From positions 1 through 42,147 of the IMG/VR virus record IMGVR_UViG_3300037419_000962: a DNA stretch of 42,147 nucleotides; one strand, given 5' to 3'. The position numbers and the translations under genes were made by a program. Source of the DNA: a virus (taxonomy: Duplodnaviria > Caudoviricetes). Below are positions 33,176-42,147 of the stretch, piece by piece. The stretch's first letter is position 1. Every line of letters starts with the position of its first letter. The notes under the pieces are model-generated. The model made no database searches. It saw only the letters and a list, made by a program, of their open reading frames with translations, and had not been told where the DNA came from.

Positions 33176-34048
33176 ATGACCCAAGCCACCCAAACGGCGA
33201 CACCGACAGACGCGCGTGAAGCGTCAATGTCTCGCGTGCAAACGCAGGACAGCGTTCTTGCCAATCTCGCACCGCAGAAGGCCGCGTCAGCGCCTGCCGA
33301 GGACCAAAAGTCCGACGCCGAGACCAAGGACGAGGGGGAAACCAAGCCCAAGAAGACCGCGCAGGAGCGCATTCAGGACTTGGCGAACAAGCGCAAGGAA
33401 GCTGAGGCGGAAGCCACAGCAGCCAAGCGCGAGAACGCCGAACTGAAGGCGCAACTACAGGCGCTGTCTGCCTCTGCAAAGCCGCTGGAGAGCCAAGCCA
33501 AGCCTCTGCGTTCTCAGTTCGCCACCGATGACGAGTACATCGAGTCGCTATCGGACTGGAAAGCACGCGAAGCCATCGCCAAACGCGAACAGGAGCAGGC
33601 GCAAGCCCGGATCGAAGCCGAACAAGCCGAGATCGCGCAGCAGTGGAGTAAGCGTCAGGAGCAGGCAATCAAGGCCCTTCCCGACTATGCCGAAGTTCTC
33701 GGCAAGTCGGAGGTTGCGATTCCCGCTCACATCCATCAAGTCATTCTCGAAAGCGAATTCGGACCGCAAATCGCCTACTTCCTGGCGATGAACCCCGATG
33801 AAGCCAAGCACATCGCGCAATTGAAGCCGCTCGCGGCAGTCAAGCGCATCGCTGCCCTCGAGCGCGACCTGTCGGAGATCGAAGACGACGAAAAGCCGCC
33901 GGTCAAAAAGGACAAGGACGACCCCGCCAAACCGCAGAAATCGAAGGCGCCGCCGCCGATTGATGCCGTCAAGAGTACCCCCGGAACCGGAGAGTCAAGC
34001 TCTAGCGATTACGAGGAATACAAGCGACGACGCCAAGCCGGCAAGTAG
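33176..34048 (+). CDS. Scaffolding protein
   Basis: Charged coiled-coil protein between portal and coat; GPQIAYFLA; basic C-terminus. Confidence 0.8.
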   Translation: MTQATQTATPTDAREASMSRVQTQDSVLANLAPQKAASAPAEDQKSDAETKDEGETKPKKTAQERIQDLANKRKEAEAEATAAKRENAELKAQLQALSASAKPLESQAKPLRSQFATDDEYIESLSDWKAREAIAKREQEQAQARIEAEQAEIAQQWSKRQEQAIKALPDYAEVLGKSEVAIPAHIHQVILESEFGPQIAYFLAMNPDEAKHIAQLKPLAAVKRIAALERDLSEIEDDEKPPVKKDKDDPAKPQKSKAPPPIDAVKSTPGTGESSSSDYEEYKRRRQAGK

Positions 34049-34063
34049 CGCCAGTCACTCACC

Positions 34064-34086
34064 AAAGGCCCCTAGCGGGCCTTTTT
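34064..34086 (+). terminator. Hairpin/terminator between scaffold and coat
   Basis: AAAGGCCC-ctagc-GGGCCTTTTT. Confidence 0.6.
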
Positions 34087-34105
34087 GTTTGGATTGGAAA
34101 AGGAA

Positions 34106-35416
34106 ATGAGCAACCAACTTCTGACTATCTCGGACATTACCAATGAGTCCCTGATGGTCCTGGAAAACGAACTTGTCCTCGCCGACAAGGTGAACCGCGA
34201 GTACGACGACAAGTACGCCATAGACGGCGCGAAGATCGGCTACACGCTCAACGTGCGTCTGCCGGCTCGTTTCGTCGGCACCGCAGGCCCGGCGCTGAAC
34301 GTCGAAAACTTCGTGGAAAACAGCCGGGCGGTCTCGCTGACCAACCAGTTCCACGTCGATACGCAGTTCATCACCTCGGACCTGCTGCTGTCGATGGACA
34401 TGTTCAGCAAGCGCGTGCTGAAGCCCAAGATCGCCACCATCGCCAACAAGGTGGACAACGACCTGGCGAACTTCATGCGCTGGAATACCGCGGCATCGGT
34501 CGGCACCGCCGGCACGTCGCCGACGACCCTCGCACCGTTCCTCAGCGCTGGCGCCATCCTCGACACCGAGGCTGTGCCGCGCGACGGCTATCGCTGCATG
34601 GTGTTGGACCCGTTCACGCAGGCCTCCATGGTCGGCTCGCTGACCGGCCTGTTCAACCCGCAAGCCTCTATTGGTGAGCAGTACAAGAAGGGCCTGATGT
34701 CCAAGCAGACGGTGGGCTTCGACTGGTACATGGACCAGAACATCAGTTCGCAGACCAACAAGGCAGTCGCGGGAACCCCGGTCTTCACGACCACGGGGAC
34801 CTCGTCGGCCTTGCTGACTTCTGGCTGGTCTGACACCGGCACGCTGCAAACCTCGGGCTGGACCAACAGCACCGCCGTGCTGAACGTGGGCGACGTGTTC
34901 ACGATCGCCGGTGTGTTCATGGTCAACCCGCAGGCGCGGCAAGCCACCAACCAGCTGCGCTACTTCGTGGTGATGCCGGCCAGCGGAACTCCCTCCGCGG
35001 GCACCTTCGTTGCGACGACCGATGTGTTCGGCAACGTCAACGGCGGCACCTACACGTCTTCGGGCTCTGGCACGCTGCAAGTGACCATCGCTGAATGCGT
35101 CATTTCGGCTGGCCAGTTCCAGAACGTGTCGGCGGCTCCGGCCAACAGCGCAGGTATCACGCTGTACTCCACGACCGCGAAGACCTCTCCGCAGTCGCTG
35201 GCGTTCCATCGTGACGCTTACACGCTGGTGTCGGCTGACCTGCCGCTGCCTGGTGGTGTGGACATGGCGGCTCGCGCCTCCCACAAGGACGTGGGCTTCT
35301 CGCTGCGGGTGGTGCGTCAGTACACCATCAACAACGACGCGCTCCCGACGCGGATCGACGTGCTGTATGGCATGGCGCCGCTGTATCGCAGCTTCGCCTG
35401 CCGCGTCCACGGCTGA
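34106..35416 (+). CDS. Major capsid protein (P22 coat family)
   Basis: MSNQLLT..LENEL..NREYDD..KIG.TLNVRLP; GDVFTIAGV insertion domain; RIDVLYG; strong codon bias. Confidence 0.92.
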   Translation: MSNQLLTISDITNESLMVLENELVLADKVNREYDDKYAIDGAKIGYTLNVRLPARFVGTAGPALNVENFVENSRAVSLTNQFHVDTQFITSDLLLSMDMFSKRVLKPKIATIANKVDNDLANFMRWNTAASVGTAGTSPTTLAPFLSAGAILDTEAVPRDGYRCMVLDPFTQASMVGSLTGLFNPQASIGEQYKKGLMSKQTVGFDWYMDQNISSQTNKAVAGTPVFTTTGTSSALLTSGWSDTGTLQTSGWTNSTAVLNVGDVFTIAGVFMVNPQARQATNQLRYFVVMPASGTPSAGTFVATTDVFGNVNGGTYTSSGSGTLQVTIAECVISAGQFQNVSAAPANSAGITLYSTTAKTSPQSLAFHRDAYTLVSADLPLPGGVDMAARASHKDVGFSLRVVRQYTINNDALPTRIDVLYGMAPLYRSFACRVHG

Positions 35417-35422
35417 TGAACC

Positions 35423-35449
35423 AGGCCCCTTCACCGGGGCCTTCTTTTT
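35423..35449 (+). terminator. Terminator after coat gene
   Basis: AGGCCCC-ttcacc-GGGGCCT-TCTTTTT. Confidence 0.7.
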
Positions 35450-35463
35450 AAAGGAAAAAAATC

Positions 35464-35841
35464 ATGTCTTCTTCCAATCCCGGACCCGCAAGCACCACGA
35501 CCGCCAACACCGGCAGTGGCTTGGGCAACATCGCCCTCGATATCCTGATGCAATCGGCGCTGACCCCATCGGCGGTGTCGGCCAATACGTCCGCTGAACA
35601 GACCTTCACCGTCACCGGCTTGGCCGTGGGCGATGTGGTTACGGGCGTCAACAAGCCCACCACGCAGGCGGGCATCGGCATCGTCGGCTACCGCATCTCG
35701 GCGGCCAACACGCTGGCGATCACCTTCGCCAACTTCACGGCGGGCTCCATCACGCCCACCGCTGCGGAGGTGTATTCGTTCAAGATCAGCCGTCCGATGC
35801 AGAACTACGTGAGCAACCTGCCCACGGCCCTGCCGCTGTAA
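35464..35841 (+). CDS. Capsid decoration-like protein
   Basis: Small beta-rich protein after coat (TFTVTGLAVGDVV...ANTLAITF). Confidence 0.6.
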   Translation: MSSSNPGPASTTTANTGSGLGNIALDILMQSALTPSAVSANTSAEQTFTVTGLAVGDVVTGVNKPTTQAGIGIVGYRISAANTLAITFANFTAGSITPTAAEVYSFKISRPMQNYVSNLPTALPL

Positions 35842-35887
35842 GCACCTAGGCCCCTTCGGGGGCCTTCCTCATTCTTATCCCTAGGCC

Positions 35888-36616
35888 ATGTCTACTGACC
35901 AAACCACCAAGACAGCGCTGGACCTGATCACGGGCGCGCTTCGGAAGATCGGTCAATACGCTCCTGGGGAAGCCTTGTCGTCGCAGGACGCCAACGACGC
36001 CCTGGACAGCTTCAATGGGATGCTCGACCTGTGGAGCTTGCAAAAGTTTTCGGTCTACAACCAAGTGGAGACGGTGCAGACCATCTCGGGCGAAGAGGTG
36101 ACGATTGGGCCTGGGCAGACCATCAACATCGAGCGGCCCTATCGCATCGTCACGGCCTACACGCGGCTGACCACGGGCACGAATACAGTGGATTTCCCGT
36201 GTGAGGTGGTGACGCTGGAGAAGTACGCCCGCATTGGCATCAAGAGCCAGCCCGGCCCATGGCCGAAGATGGTCTATTACAACTCCGGATGGCCCTCGGG
36301 GACGCTGATCTTCTGGCCAGTTCCCACCTCCGCCGAATTGCACCTGTGGACCGACCAGGTGTTTGCCTCGCTGAACCTGAACGATGTGGTGAACCTGCCG
36401 CGGGGGTACTTCCTCGGGTTGCAGATGAATCTGGCAGAGCTGCTGTGCTCTGAATACGGCATGGCGATCCCCGCCGACATCGCGCGGATCGCAAAGCAAT
36501 TCCGCGACATCCTGAAGGCCGAAAACGCTGTGCCGCAAACCGAGGTTGCCATCGACGGCGCACTTCGTGCCACTGGCGGCGCGGATGCGGGCTGGATCCT
36601 CACGGGAGGCTTCTAG
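35888..36616 (+). CDS. Head-tail adaptor (P22 gp4-like)
   Basis: TALDLITGALRKIG..ALDSFNGMLDLW..NLAELLCSEYG; synteny. Confidence 0.75.
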   Translation: MSTDQTTKTALDLITGALRKIGQYAPGEALSSQDANDALDSFNGMLDLWSLQKFSVYNQVETVQTISGEEVTIGPGQTINIERPYRIVTAYTRLTTGTNTVDFPCEVVTLEKYARIGIKSQPGPWPKMVYYNSGWPSGTLIFWPVPTSAELHLWTDQVFASLNLNDVVNLPRGYFLGLQMNLAELLCSEYGMAIPADIARIAKQFRDILKAENAVPQTEVAIDGALRATGGADAGWILTGGF

Positions 36617-36618
36617 CC

Positions 36619-38127
36619 ATGGCTCAATGGGGCTTCGTCGGACCAGCCTACCAGGCGGCCAACGTGCTGCAAGACAACCAGGCGAGCATCAACTGGTTTG
36701 TCGAGATCGACCCCAACGAGCCCAACCCGCAGGGCCCGACGATGAACGCCGCGGAGGCCAAGACGGCGCTTGGGTTGCTTGGTGTCCCGGGCTTGTCCTC
36801 GATCAATTCTGCCTTCAATGGCCCCGTTCGCGGCGCGTGGGTACTGCCCGGCAACACGCAGTGCATTTTCGTGATCGGCGCGAGCGTCGTTGTTGCCACT
36901 GCCTCACACAGCGGGACGCAGGCGACATATTCGTTTTCCTCGGTTGGCACGATGCAATCAGCCTCGGGGACTGTAGATATCCGCGACAACGGAGCCGGAA
37001 AGATCGCCGTAATTGTCGATGGTTCAACGAACCTGTACGTCTATGACGTGACAGCCGGCACGCTCACGCGATTTGCCGGGACTGGCTATCTTGGCGCGAC
37101 CAATGTCGTGGAGCTGGATGGGTGGTTCGTTTTCAACCAGCCCGGCACGCAAAAATTCTTTACGTCGCCGAACTACTGGAACGGCACCGACAACTTCGAC
37201 GGGACGTTCTTCGCCCTAAAGGACGACTCACCTGACAACCTTGTCACTCTGTACCAGAACCATCGCGAAATCTGGATGATTGGCGAGTCCACCACCGAGC
37301 CTTGGTACAACCAGGGCGGTGCGAACTTCCCGCTTGGCCGGATCGACGGGGCCATGATCCAGATCGGTTGCGCCGCGGCGCATTCGGTGGCGAGAACGGG
37401 GAAGGGGATGATCTGGCTCGGGCGTTCCGAGCGCGGGGAAAACTCTGTCGTCATCACCGAAGGCTACGACTTCAAGGTCGTCTCCACTCCAGCAGTTTCC
37501 TGGGCGCTGAACCAATATCCGGTGGTGTCCGATGCGATCGGCTACACCTACACGGAAGAAGGCCACGAGTTCTACGTCCTGACGCTGCCGACAGCCGATG
37601 CCACGTGGGTCTATGACCTCACCACGGGTTTTTGGCACCAGCGGGCCTCCTTCGACACCGCGACAGGACAGTTTCACCGCCAGCGTGTGAATTGCCTTGT
37701 CAACTTCGCCGGGAACAGGATCGGCGGGGACTACAACAACGGGCGGATTTACCGCCAGTCGCGCGACTACTTCGCGGACGATCAATACCCGCTGGTGGCG
37801 ATGCGCCGCTCCCCGCATGTGTGGGACAAGAACGATCGCAACCGCGTGGCGCACAGTCGCCTGCAAATCGAATTCTTTCCCGGTGTCGGTCTTTCCACGG
37901 GGCAGGGGAGCGACCCCCAAGCCATGCTGCGCTGGTCGAATGACGGTGGCAGGACTTGGGGCAATGAGCACTGGACCGGCATCGGCAAGACGGGCGAAAC
38001 CAAGAATCGCGCCATCTGGCGGCGGCTCGGCGCGGCCCGGGATCGGGTCTATGAGGTGCGAGTCTCCGACCCGGTAAAGCGCGACATCGTAGGCGCCTCA
38101 TTGGCGGCTGGAGCGACTGGATCATGA
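36619..38127 (+). CDS. Tail hub / DNA stabilisation protein (P22 gp10-like)
   Basis: 502 aa beta-rich; WSNDGG.TW..E, WRRLG..RDRVYEV C-terminus. Confidence 0.85.
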   Translation: MAQWGFVGPAYQAANVLQDNQASINWFVEIDPNEPNPQGPTMNAAEAKTALGLLGVPGLSSINSAFNGPVRGAWVLPGNTQCIFVIGASVVVATASHSGTQATYSFSSVGTMQSASGTVDIRDNGAGKIAVIVDGSTNLYVYDVTAGTLTRFAGTGYLGATNVVELDGWFVFNQPGTQKFFTSPNYWNGTDNFDGTFFALKDDSPDNLVTLYQNHREIWMIGESTTEPWYNQGGANFPLGRIDGAMIQIGCAAAHSVARTGKGMIWLGRSERGENSVVITEGYDFKVVSTPAVSWALNQYPVVSDAIGYTYTEEGHEFYVLTLPTADATWVYDLTTGFWHQRASFDTATGQFHRQRVNCLVNFAGNRIGGDYNNGRIYRQSRDYFADDQYPLVAMRRSPHVWDKNDRNRVAHSRLQIEFFPGVGLSTGQGSDPQAMLRWSNDGGRTWGNEHWTGIGKTGETKNRAIWRRLGAARDRVYEVRVSDPVKRDIVGASLAAGATGS

Positions 38128-38588
38128 GCGCAGCACTGCCGCAGGAGGCGTTTCTGTTGGCGACTGGACGACCTTCGACTGCATGGCAGCGTTTCCTGTC
38201 TCTGCTCAATTCGCAAATCGATGATGTCGTGAACTACACGCCGCTCGTGCTGGCATCTGCCGGAACGATCACATCCGCTCTCGCTTCAGCCCGATATCAA
38301 AGGATCGGCAAGCAAGTTGTCCTGAACGGAGAAGTACAGGTTACCAACAACGGCACCGGCTCCGGCGAGCTTTGGGTAACGCTTCCGGACTCGAAACCAG
38401 CGCCCGTCCAGACCATTGGGACGGGCTCTCAAGATACCGGAACTAGCTTCAAGTCTATGCAGGTCATGACTGGCGCGTTTATCTTGCAGTCGAGGTTATT
38501 TTTCTCGGTTGCCATAACCAACACGGATGGCACTTATCCGACTGCTGGGACGACCATTTACTTCAGCATGGTCTACGAGGTGGCTTGA
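38124..38588 (+). CDS. Tail needle/plug-position protein (gp26-like slot)
   Basis: Synteny; short helical N-terminus plus beta-rich C-terminal domain. Confidence 0.5.
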   Translation: MSAALPQEAFLLATGRPSTAWQRFLSLLNSQIDDVVNYTPLVLASAGTITSALASARYQRIGKQVVLNGEVQVTNNGTGSGELWVTLPDSKPAPVQTIGTGSQDTGTSFKSMQVMTGAFILQSRLFFSVAITNTDGTYPTAGTTIYFSMVYEVA

Positions 38589-38592
38589 TCGA

Positions 38593-39063
38593 ATGAATAT
38601 CTCTCGCACCCACGATATGGAGTTGGTGCGGGGAATCCTCGCGCATCCGGCGATCTGGCCTCACATCCACGACGACAGCGTTACAGAGCCCGATCCGATC
38701 GACCACCCGGGGTTTTTTTGGATGCTGGTGGACGAGGAGGGTCCGGCGGGGGTGTTCCTGCTGCATGCGCACAACGCTGTGTGCTTCGAGGTTCACACCT
38801 GCCTGCTGCCGCGCATCTGGGGCCCGAAGGCCAAGGAAGCGGCGGATCTTTGCTTGGGGTGGATGGTAGAGAACACGCCATGCCAAAAAATGATTACCCA
38901 TGTGCCCGAGGGCAACGTGCTCGCACTTCGGTTCGCAAGGAAAGTCGGCTTTGCCCATGAAGGCGTCAACAGAAAGAGCTTTCTGAAAAACGGTGAATTA
39001 CTCGACCAGCAAGTGCTTGGTCTAACAGCGCAGGAGTGGCAATGCCAGCAGCAATCCCGATAG
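38593..39063 (+). CDS. GNAT-fold protein (P22 gp14-like)
   Basis: EVHTCLLP..WG..N.LALRFARKVGF.HEG; synteny. Confidence 0.75.
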   Translation: MNISRTHDMELVRGILAHPAIWPHIHDDSVTEPDPIDHPGFFWMLVDEEGPAGVFLLHAHNAVCFEVHTCLLPRIWGPKAKEAADLCLGWMVENTPCQKMITHVPEGNVLALRFARKVGFAHEGVNRKSFLKNGELLDQQVLGLTAQEWQCQQQSR

Positions 39064-40016
39064 CCGCCGCAGTTGTCGGCGGCGCGATCAGTTCGGACGC
39101 CTCAAGGAGCGCGGCGAACAAGCAGAAAGACGCGGCAAACCAGGCCACTGCGGCTCAGCAGGGCATGTTCGATCGAACGGTTGAGCTGGAGTCTCCCTTC
39201 CGCACCGCAGGCGTTGGGGCGCAGGCCAAGCTAAACAACCTTTTGGGGATCGGCGCTCCGCAAGGAGGGCCCGGGCAACTCACTGGCGCGACACTGGTTG
39301 ACACCTCCAGCGGCATCCCAAGACCCAATGCCGACCTGTACGCCAACAACGCGGACTATCGCCGCGTGTGGGATGCGGCCCTCGCAGACCACCAAGCGCA
39401 CTACGGAACTGGATACGGCACAGGTTCGGATGCCAACGAGATCAATCAGTACCTAACGGGCGCACTTGCGCCGCAGATGGCGCAGGAGGCGCGGCAGCCG
39501 GCTTCTTCCGACTATGGCTCGCTGCTCAAGCCGTTCGGCATGGACGACTTCCAGCTGGATCCCGGCATTCAATTCCAGACGGAACAGGGCAACAAGGCCC
39601 TAATCAATTCCGCCGCGTCGAAGAACGGCGTTCTCTCGGGGGCGGCTCTCAAGGACTTCATTTCCTACAACCAGGGCATGGCTGGGACCGGGTATCAGTC
39701 GGCCTTCGATCGCTACATGGCGGGTAAGAACTTCACGCTTGGCTCGTTGATGGACGTGAGTAAGCAAGGCCAAGCAGCCGCCGGAAACACGACTTCTGCT
39801 GCTCCTGGGTTCTCCAGTGGGATCTCCAGCACCATCACGGGCGCGGGCAACGCGCAAGCCGCTGGCCAAGTTGGCTCTGCCAATGCGGTTTCCGGCGGTC
39901 TCAGCAACGCCGGAAACCTGTACTACCTCTCCCGTCTGCTGGGCAAGCAGGGCGGCGATGCGTCGTCCTCTTCGCCCGGCGTGGTCGCCGACAACCCGCT
40001 GCAAAACTTCGGATAA
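39042..40016 (+). CDS. DNA ejection protein (P22 gp7-like)
   Basis: Ala/Gly-rich; DPGIQF..G..SGAALK motif; SD AGGAG before ATG 39042. Confidence 0.75.
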   Translation: MPAAIPIAAAVVGGAISSDASRSAANKQKDAANQATAAQQGMFDRTVELESPFRTAGVGAQAKLNNLLGIGAPQGGPGQLTGATLVDTSSGIPRPNADLYANNADYRRVWDAALADHQAHYGTGYGTGSDANEINQYLTGALAPQMAQEARQPASSDYGSLLKPFGMDDFQLDPGIQFQTEQGNKALINSAASKNGVLSGAALKDFISYNQGMAGTGYQSAFDRYMAGKNFTLGSLMDVSKQGQAAAGNTTSAAPGFSSGISSTITGAGNAQAAGQVGSANAVSGGLSNAGNLYYLSRLLGKQGGDASSSSPGVVADNPLQNFG

Positions 40017-40020
40017 GCAC

Positions 40021-41496
40021 ATGCCCATCGACGCAAGTATCCCTTTGGGCGTCAAAACGCCCGACACGATGCAGAACCTGTCGAGCCTCTTGGGCATTGC
40101 CAAGGGCACTCAGGAGGTGCAGAACCAGGGCATATCGCTCAACGAGCGCAAGGCTGTGCAGGGCGTTCTGGCTGACCCGCGCAACTACACCAACGATGAC
40201 GGCACTGTGGACTTCCATAAGGCGCTGCCGGCCATCATGAGCGTGGCGCCCACCACGGGAATGCAGTATGTGCAAAAACTCGCGGAAGGTCAGAAAGCCC
40301 ACACCGAAGCGACCAGCGCACTTAATTCCCTCACGACAGAGAACCGCGCGCACATCGGCTCCGTGCTGGCCGCGATTCCTGCTGGCACGCCTCAGGATGT
40401 TGTGGAAAAGACGGTTGATGCGCTGGGCAAGCAGTACAAGGGCATGGATCCGCTGATCTCGAATTTCAAACAGAGCTACAGCCATTACTTGCAATCGGGC
40501 GGCCAGAAAGCCGCCGACGATTTCTTGACGCAAGCTGCGCGCGGCGTGCTGCCGCAACCGACGCAGCAGCAGATGAACACGCCGGATGGCGTGACGCTGG
40601 ATAACGGCCAGCAGTCCGTGGTGGTCAACACAAAACCGGGAGTGCAAGGCATCCCTCAAGGCGCTCCGGTGCAGGGAACAGATGTGCAAAAGCTCATTCC
40701 GGTGGGCACGCAGCAGTCAGTTGGCACCGACAGCCAAGGCAATCCCTATGTGGTGAAGAAGGATGCCTTTGGCAACATCATCGGCACGGGGCCGGTGCCA
40801 GGAGCCGCGAACTCTGGACAGCCCGCCCCAGGTGGCCCGTTCGCGCTTCCCCCGGGCGAAACGCAGGACACGCTCAAGCAATCCCAAGCCATCCGCGCCA
40901 ACTCTAACCAATCAGCCTCTACTGTCCCGCAGCAGCAGTTCAACTCGAACCAGATCATCAAACTGGCGGACGAGACAAACACGGGCAAAGGCGCTCAAAT
41001 TCTCGCGGGGTTGGGCGGCCAATACGCTGGTATCCCGTGGGGCACCAACCACGCCGACGCCTATAACCAGCTTGGGCACTACATGGCCTTGCAAACTGCG
41101 CAACTGGCCTCGTCTTCAGGTATTGGCGGGACAGATGCGGGGCGTGCAGTGGCGGCAGAACAGGCTGGCACGCGCGAATGGACTAAGGATGCGATCAAGA
41201 ACACTGCGCGGGTGAACCGCGCGCTGTCCACAGGCGTTGACCTGTTCAACCGCGGCGTCGAGGCCGCTACTCAGTCCTCTGGCAGCCCGTTCGCGGCTCG
41301 CGATTTCCAGAATAAGTGGTCAAAGATTGCCGACGTGGATGCCCTGACGCTATACGACTCATTCAAGAACAAATCGGACGATCCAGAGGGGTTCAAGGAG
41401 ACCATTAAACGCCTGGGCGGGGTTGATTCCCCGAAGTACAAGGCCACGCTGGCGAAGGTAACGGAAATGCGCAAGCTGATTAAGGGCGAGCAATGA
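40021..41496 (+). CDS. DNA ejection protein (P22 gp20-like slot)
   Basis: Synteny; MPIDASIPLG start; Gln/Ala-rich. Confidence 0.65.
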   Translation: MPIDASIPLGVKTPDTMQNLSSLLGIAKGTQEVQNQGISLNERKAVQGVLADPRNYTNDDGTVDFHKALPAIMSVAPTTGMQYVQKLAEGQKAHTEATSALNSLTTENRAHIGSVLAAIPAGTPQDVVEKTVDALGKQYKGMDPLISNFKQSYSHYLQSGGQKAADDFLTQAARGVLPQPTQQQMNTPDGVTLDNGQQSVVVNTKPGVQGIPQGAPVQGTDVQKLIPVGTQQSVGTDSQGNPYVVKKDAFGNIIGTGPVPGAANSGQPAPGGPFALPPGETQDTLKQSQAIRANSNQSASTVPQQQFNSNQIIKLADETNTGKGAQILAGLGGQYAGIPWGTNHADAYNQLGHYMALQTAQLASSSGIGGTDAGRAVAAEQAGTREWTKDAIKNTARVNRALSTGVDLFNRGVEAATQSSGSPFAARDFQNKWSKIADVDALTLYDSFKNKSDDPEGFKETIKRLGGVDSPKYKATLAKVTEMRKLIKGEQ

Positions 41497-42147
41497 CCGA
41501 CCTCGAGGACTTCTCGGCGGATTCCATTGACGCCGCTGCGCGCGGCGGAAAGCCCGCTCAAGGCGCGGCTGTCGCACCTGCAGAAGCGCCTCGCGGGGAT
41601 TTCGTCGGCGACCCTGGACTCGTTTCGCAGGCAATTTCGCTCATCAAAGACCCGCAGGAGCGGGCGAGAGCACAAGCCGCTTTCGATGAGCAAGCGGCGC
41701 GCACGCAGAATTTTTCCAAGGGGGCAAAGTTCACAAATAACTACGACGATCTGCCGGACTTCTCTGCCGATGCAATCCACAAGGCCGCGCACGCAGTTTC
41801 TGCGCCTGCGCCTGCGGCCTCCAAGCCTGTTGCGCCGGCACCCCAGCCAGCCACCATTACCAGCCCCGAAGCGGACCTCACTGCGAGCATCGTGTCCGGG
41901 ATGGCCGCTCCTGTTGCGGCGGGACTCCATGGCATCGGAAAGGGCCTCTATACGCTCCTGACTACCGGCGACAAGGATAAGGCGGTCGATGCAGGAGTGG
42001 ACGCGATACACAGCACGCAGGACGCGCTGACCCACCGTCCTCGGACGGCGCAGGGCCAGCAGATGGTCGAGCAGTTCGGCAGCAAGTTCAACCCGGTCAA
42101 CTACGTTCCTAACGCTACATCTTTTGTCGGCGAGAAGGCCGGCGATG
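41493..42147 (+). CDS. DNA ejection protein, 5' part (continues into 1..1804)
   Basis: ATGA overlap with upstream gene; open to window end, in frame with ORF 53..1804. Confidence 0.75.
   Translation, partial: MTDLEDFSADSIDAAARGGKPAQGAAVAPAEAPRGDFVGDPGLVSQAISLIKDPQERARAQAAFDEQAARTQNFSKGAKFTNNYDDLPDFSADAIHKAAHAVSAPAPAASKPVAPAPQPATITSPEADLTASIVSGMAAPVAAGLHGIGKGLYTLLTTGDKDKAVDAGVDAIHSTQDALTHRPRTAQGQQMVEQFGSKFNPVNYVPNATSFVGEKAGD
41945..42147. repeat. Terminal direct repeat, copy 2
   Basis: Matches 1-203 with one mismatch. Confidence 0.97.

Noticed and set aside
31424-35434. Long antisense ORFs (31424..33073, 34055..35434) and similar ones elsewhere
   Set aside because: Shadow frames of GC-rich, codon-biased portal and coat genes; no motifs or RBS
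1-42147. Stop-codon reassignment, CRISPR array, DGR/reverse transcriptase, invertible tail cassette, IS elements
   Set aside because: Genes are intact under the standard code with TAG used as a normal stop; I saw no spaced repeat array, RT, invertase or transposase motifs

Overview
The window is a complete, circularly permuted temperate phage genome. Bases 1-203 recur at 41945-42147 with one mismatch, giving a unit length of 41,944 bp. The head and tail genes follow the P22/Sf6-like podovirus order: TerS, TerL, portal, scaffold, P22-type coat, decoration, gp4/gp10/gp26/gp14-like proteins, three ejection proteins and a short tail fibre. The early region is lambdoid: cI/cro/cII-like switch with identifiable operators, O-like initiator, helicase, nin region and a Q-like gene. 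A tyrosine integrase sits beside an intact attP whose core matches a tRNA 3' end (probably tRNA-Leu). The sequence is GC-rich, and a betaproteobacterial host is my inference. The strongest candidates for new biology are five: (i) a cI-downstream cassette encoding a lipoprotein, a signal-peptide-bearing HNH nuclease and a P63C protein; (ii) an unannotated 45-aa antisense gene whose perfect Shine-Dalgarno lies in a palindrome, at the P22 sieA/immI position; (iii) a GroES co-chaperonin at the head of the packaging genes; (iv) an HslV-like Ntn hydrolase/metallophosphoesterase block after the lysis genes; (v) a highly structured late leader. All product calls rest on motif recognition and synteny by eye, and no database searches were run.
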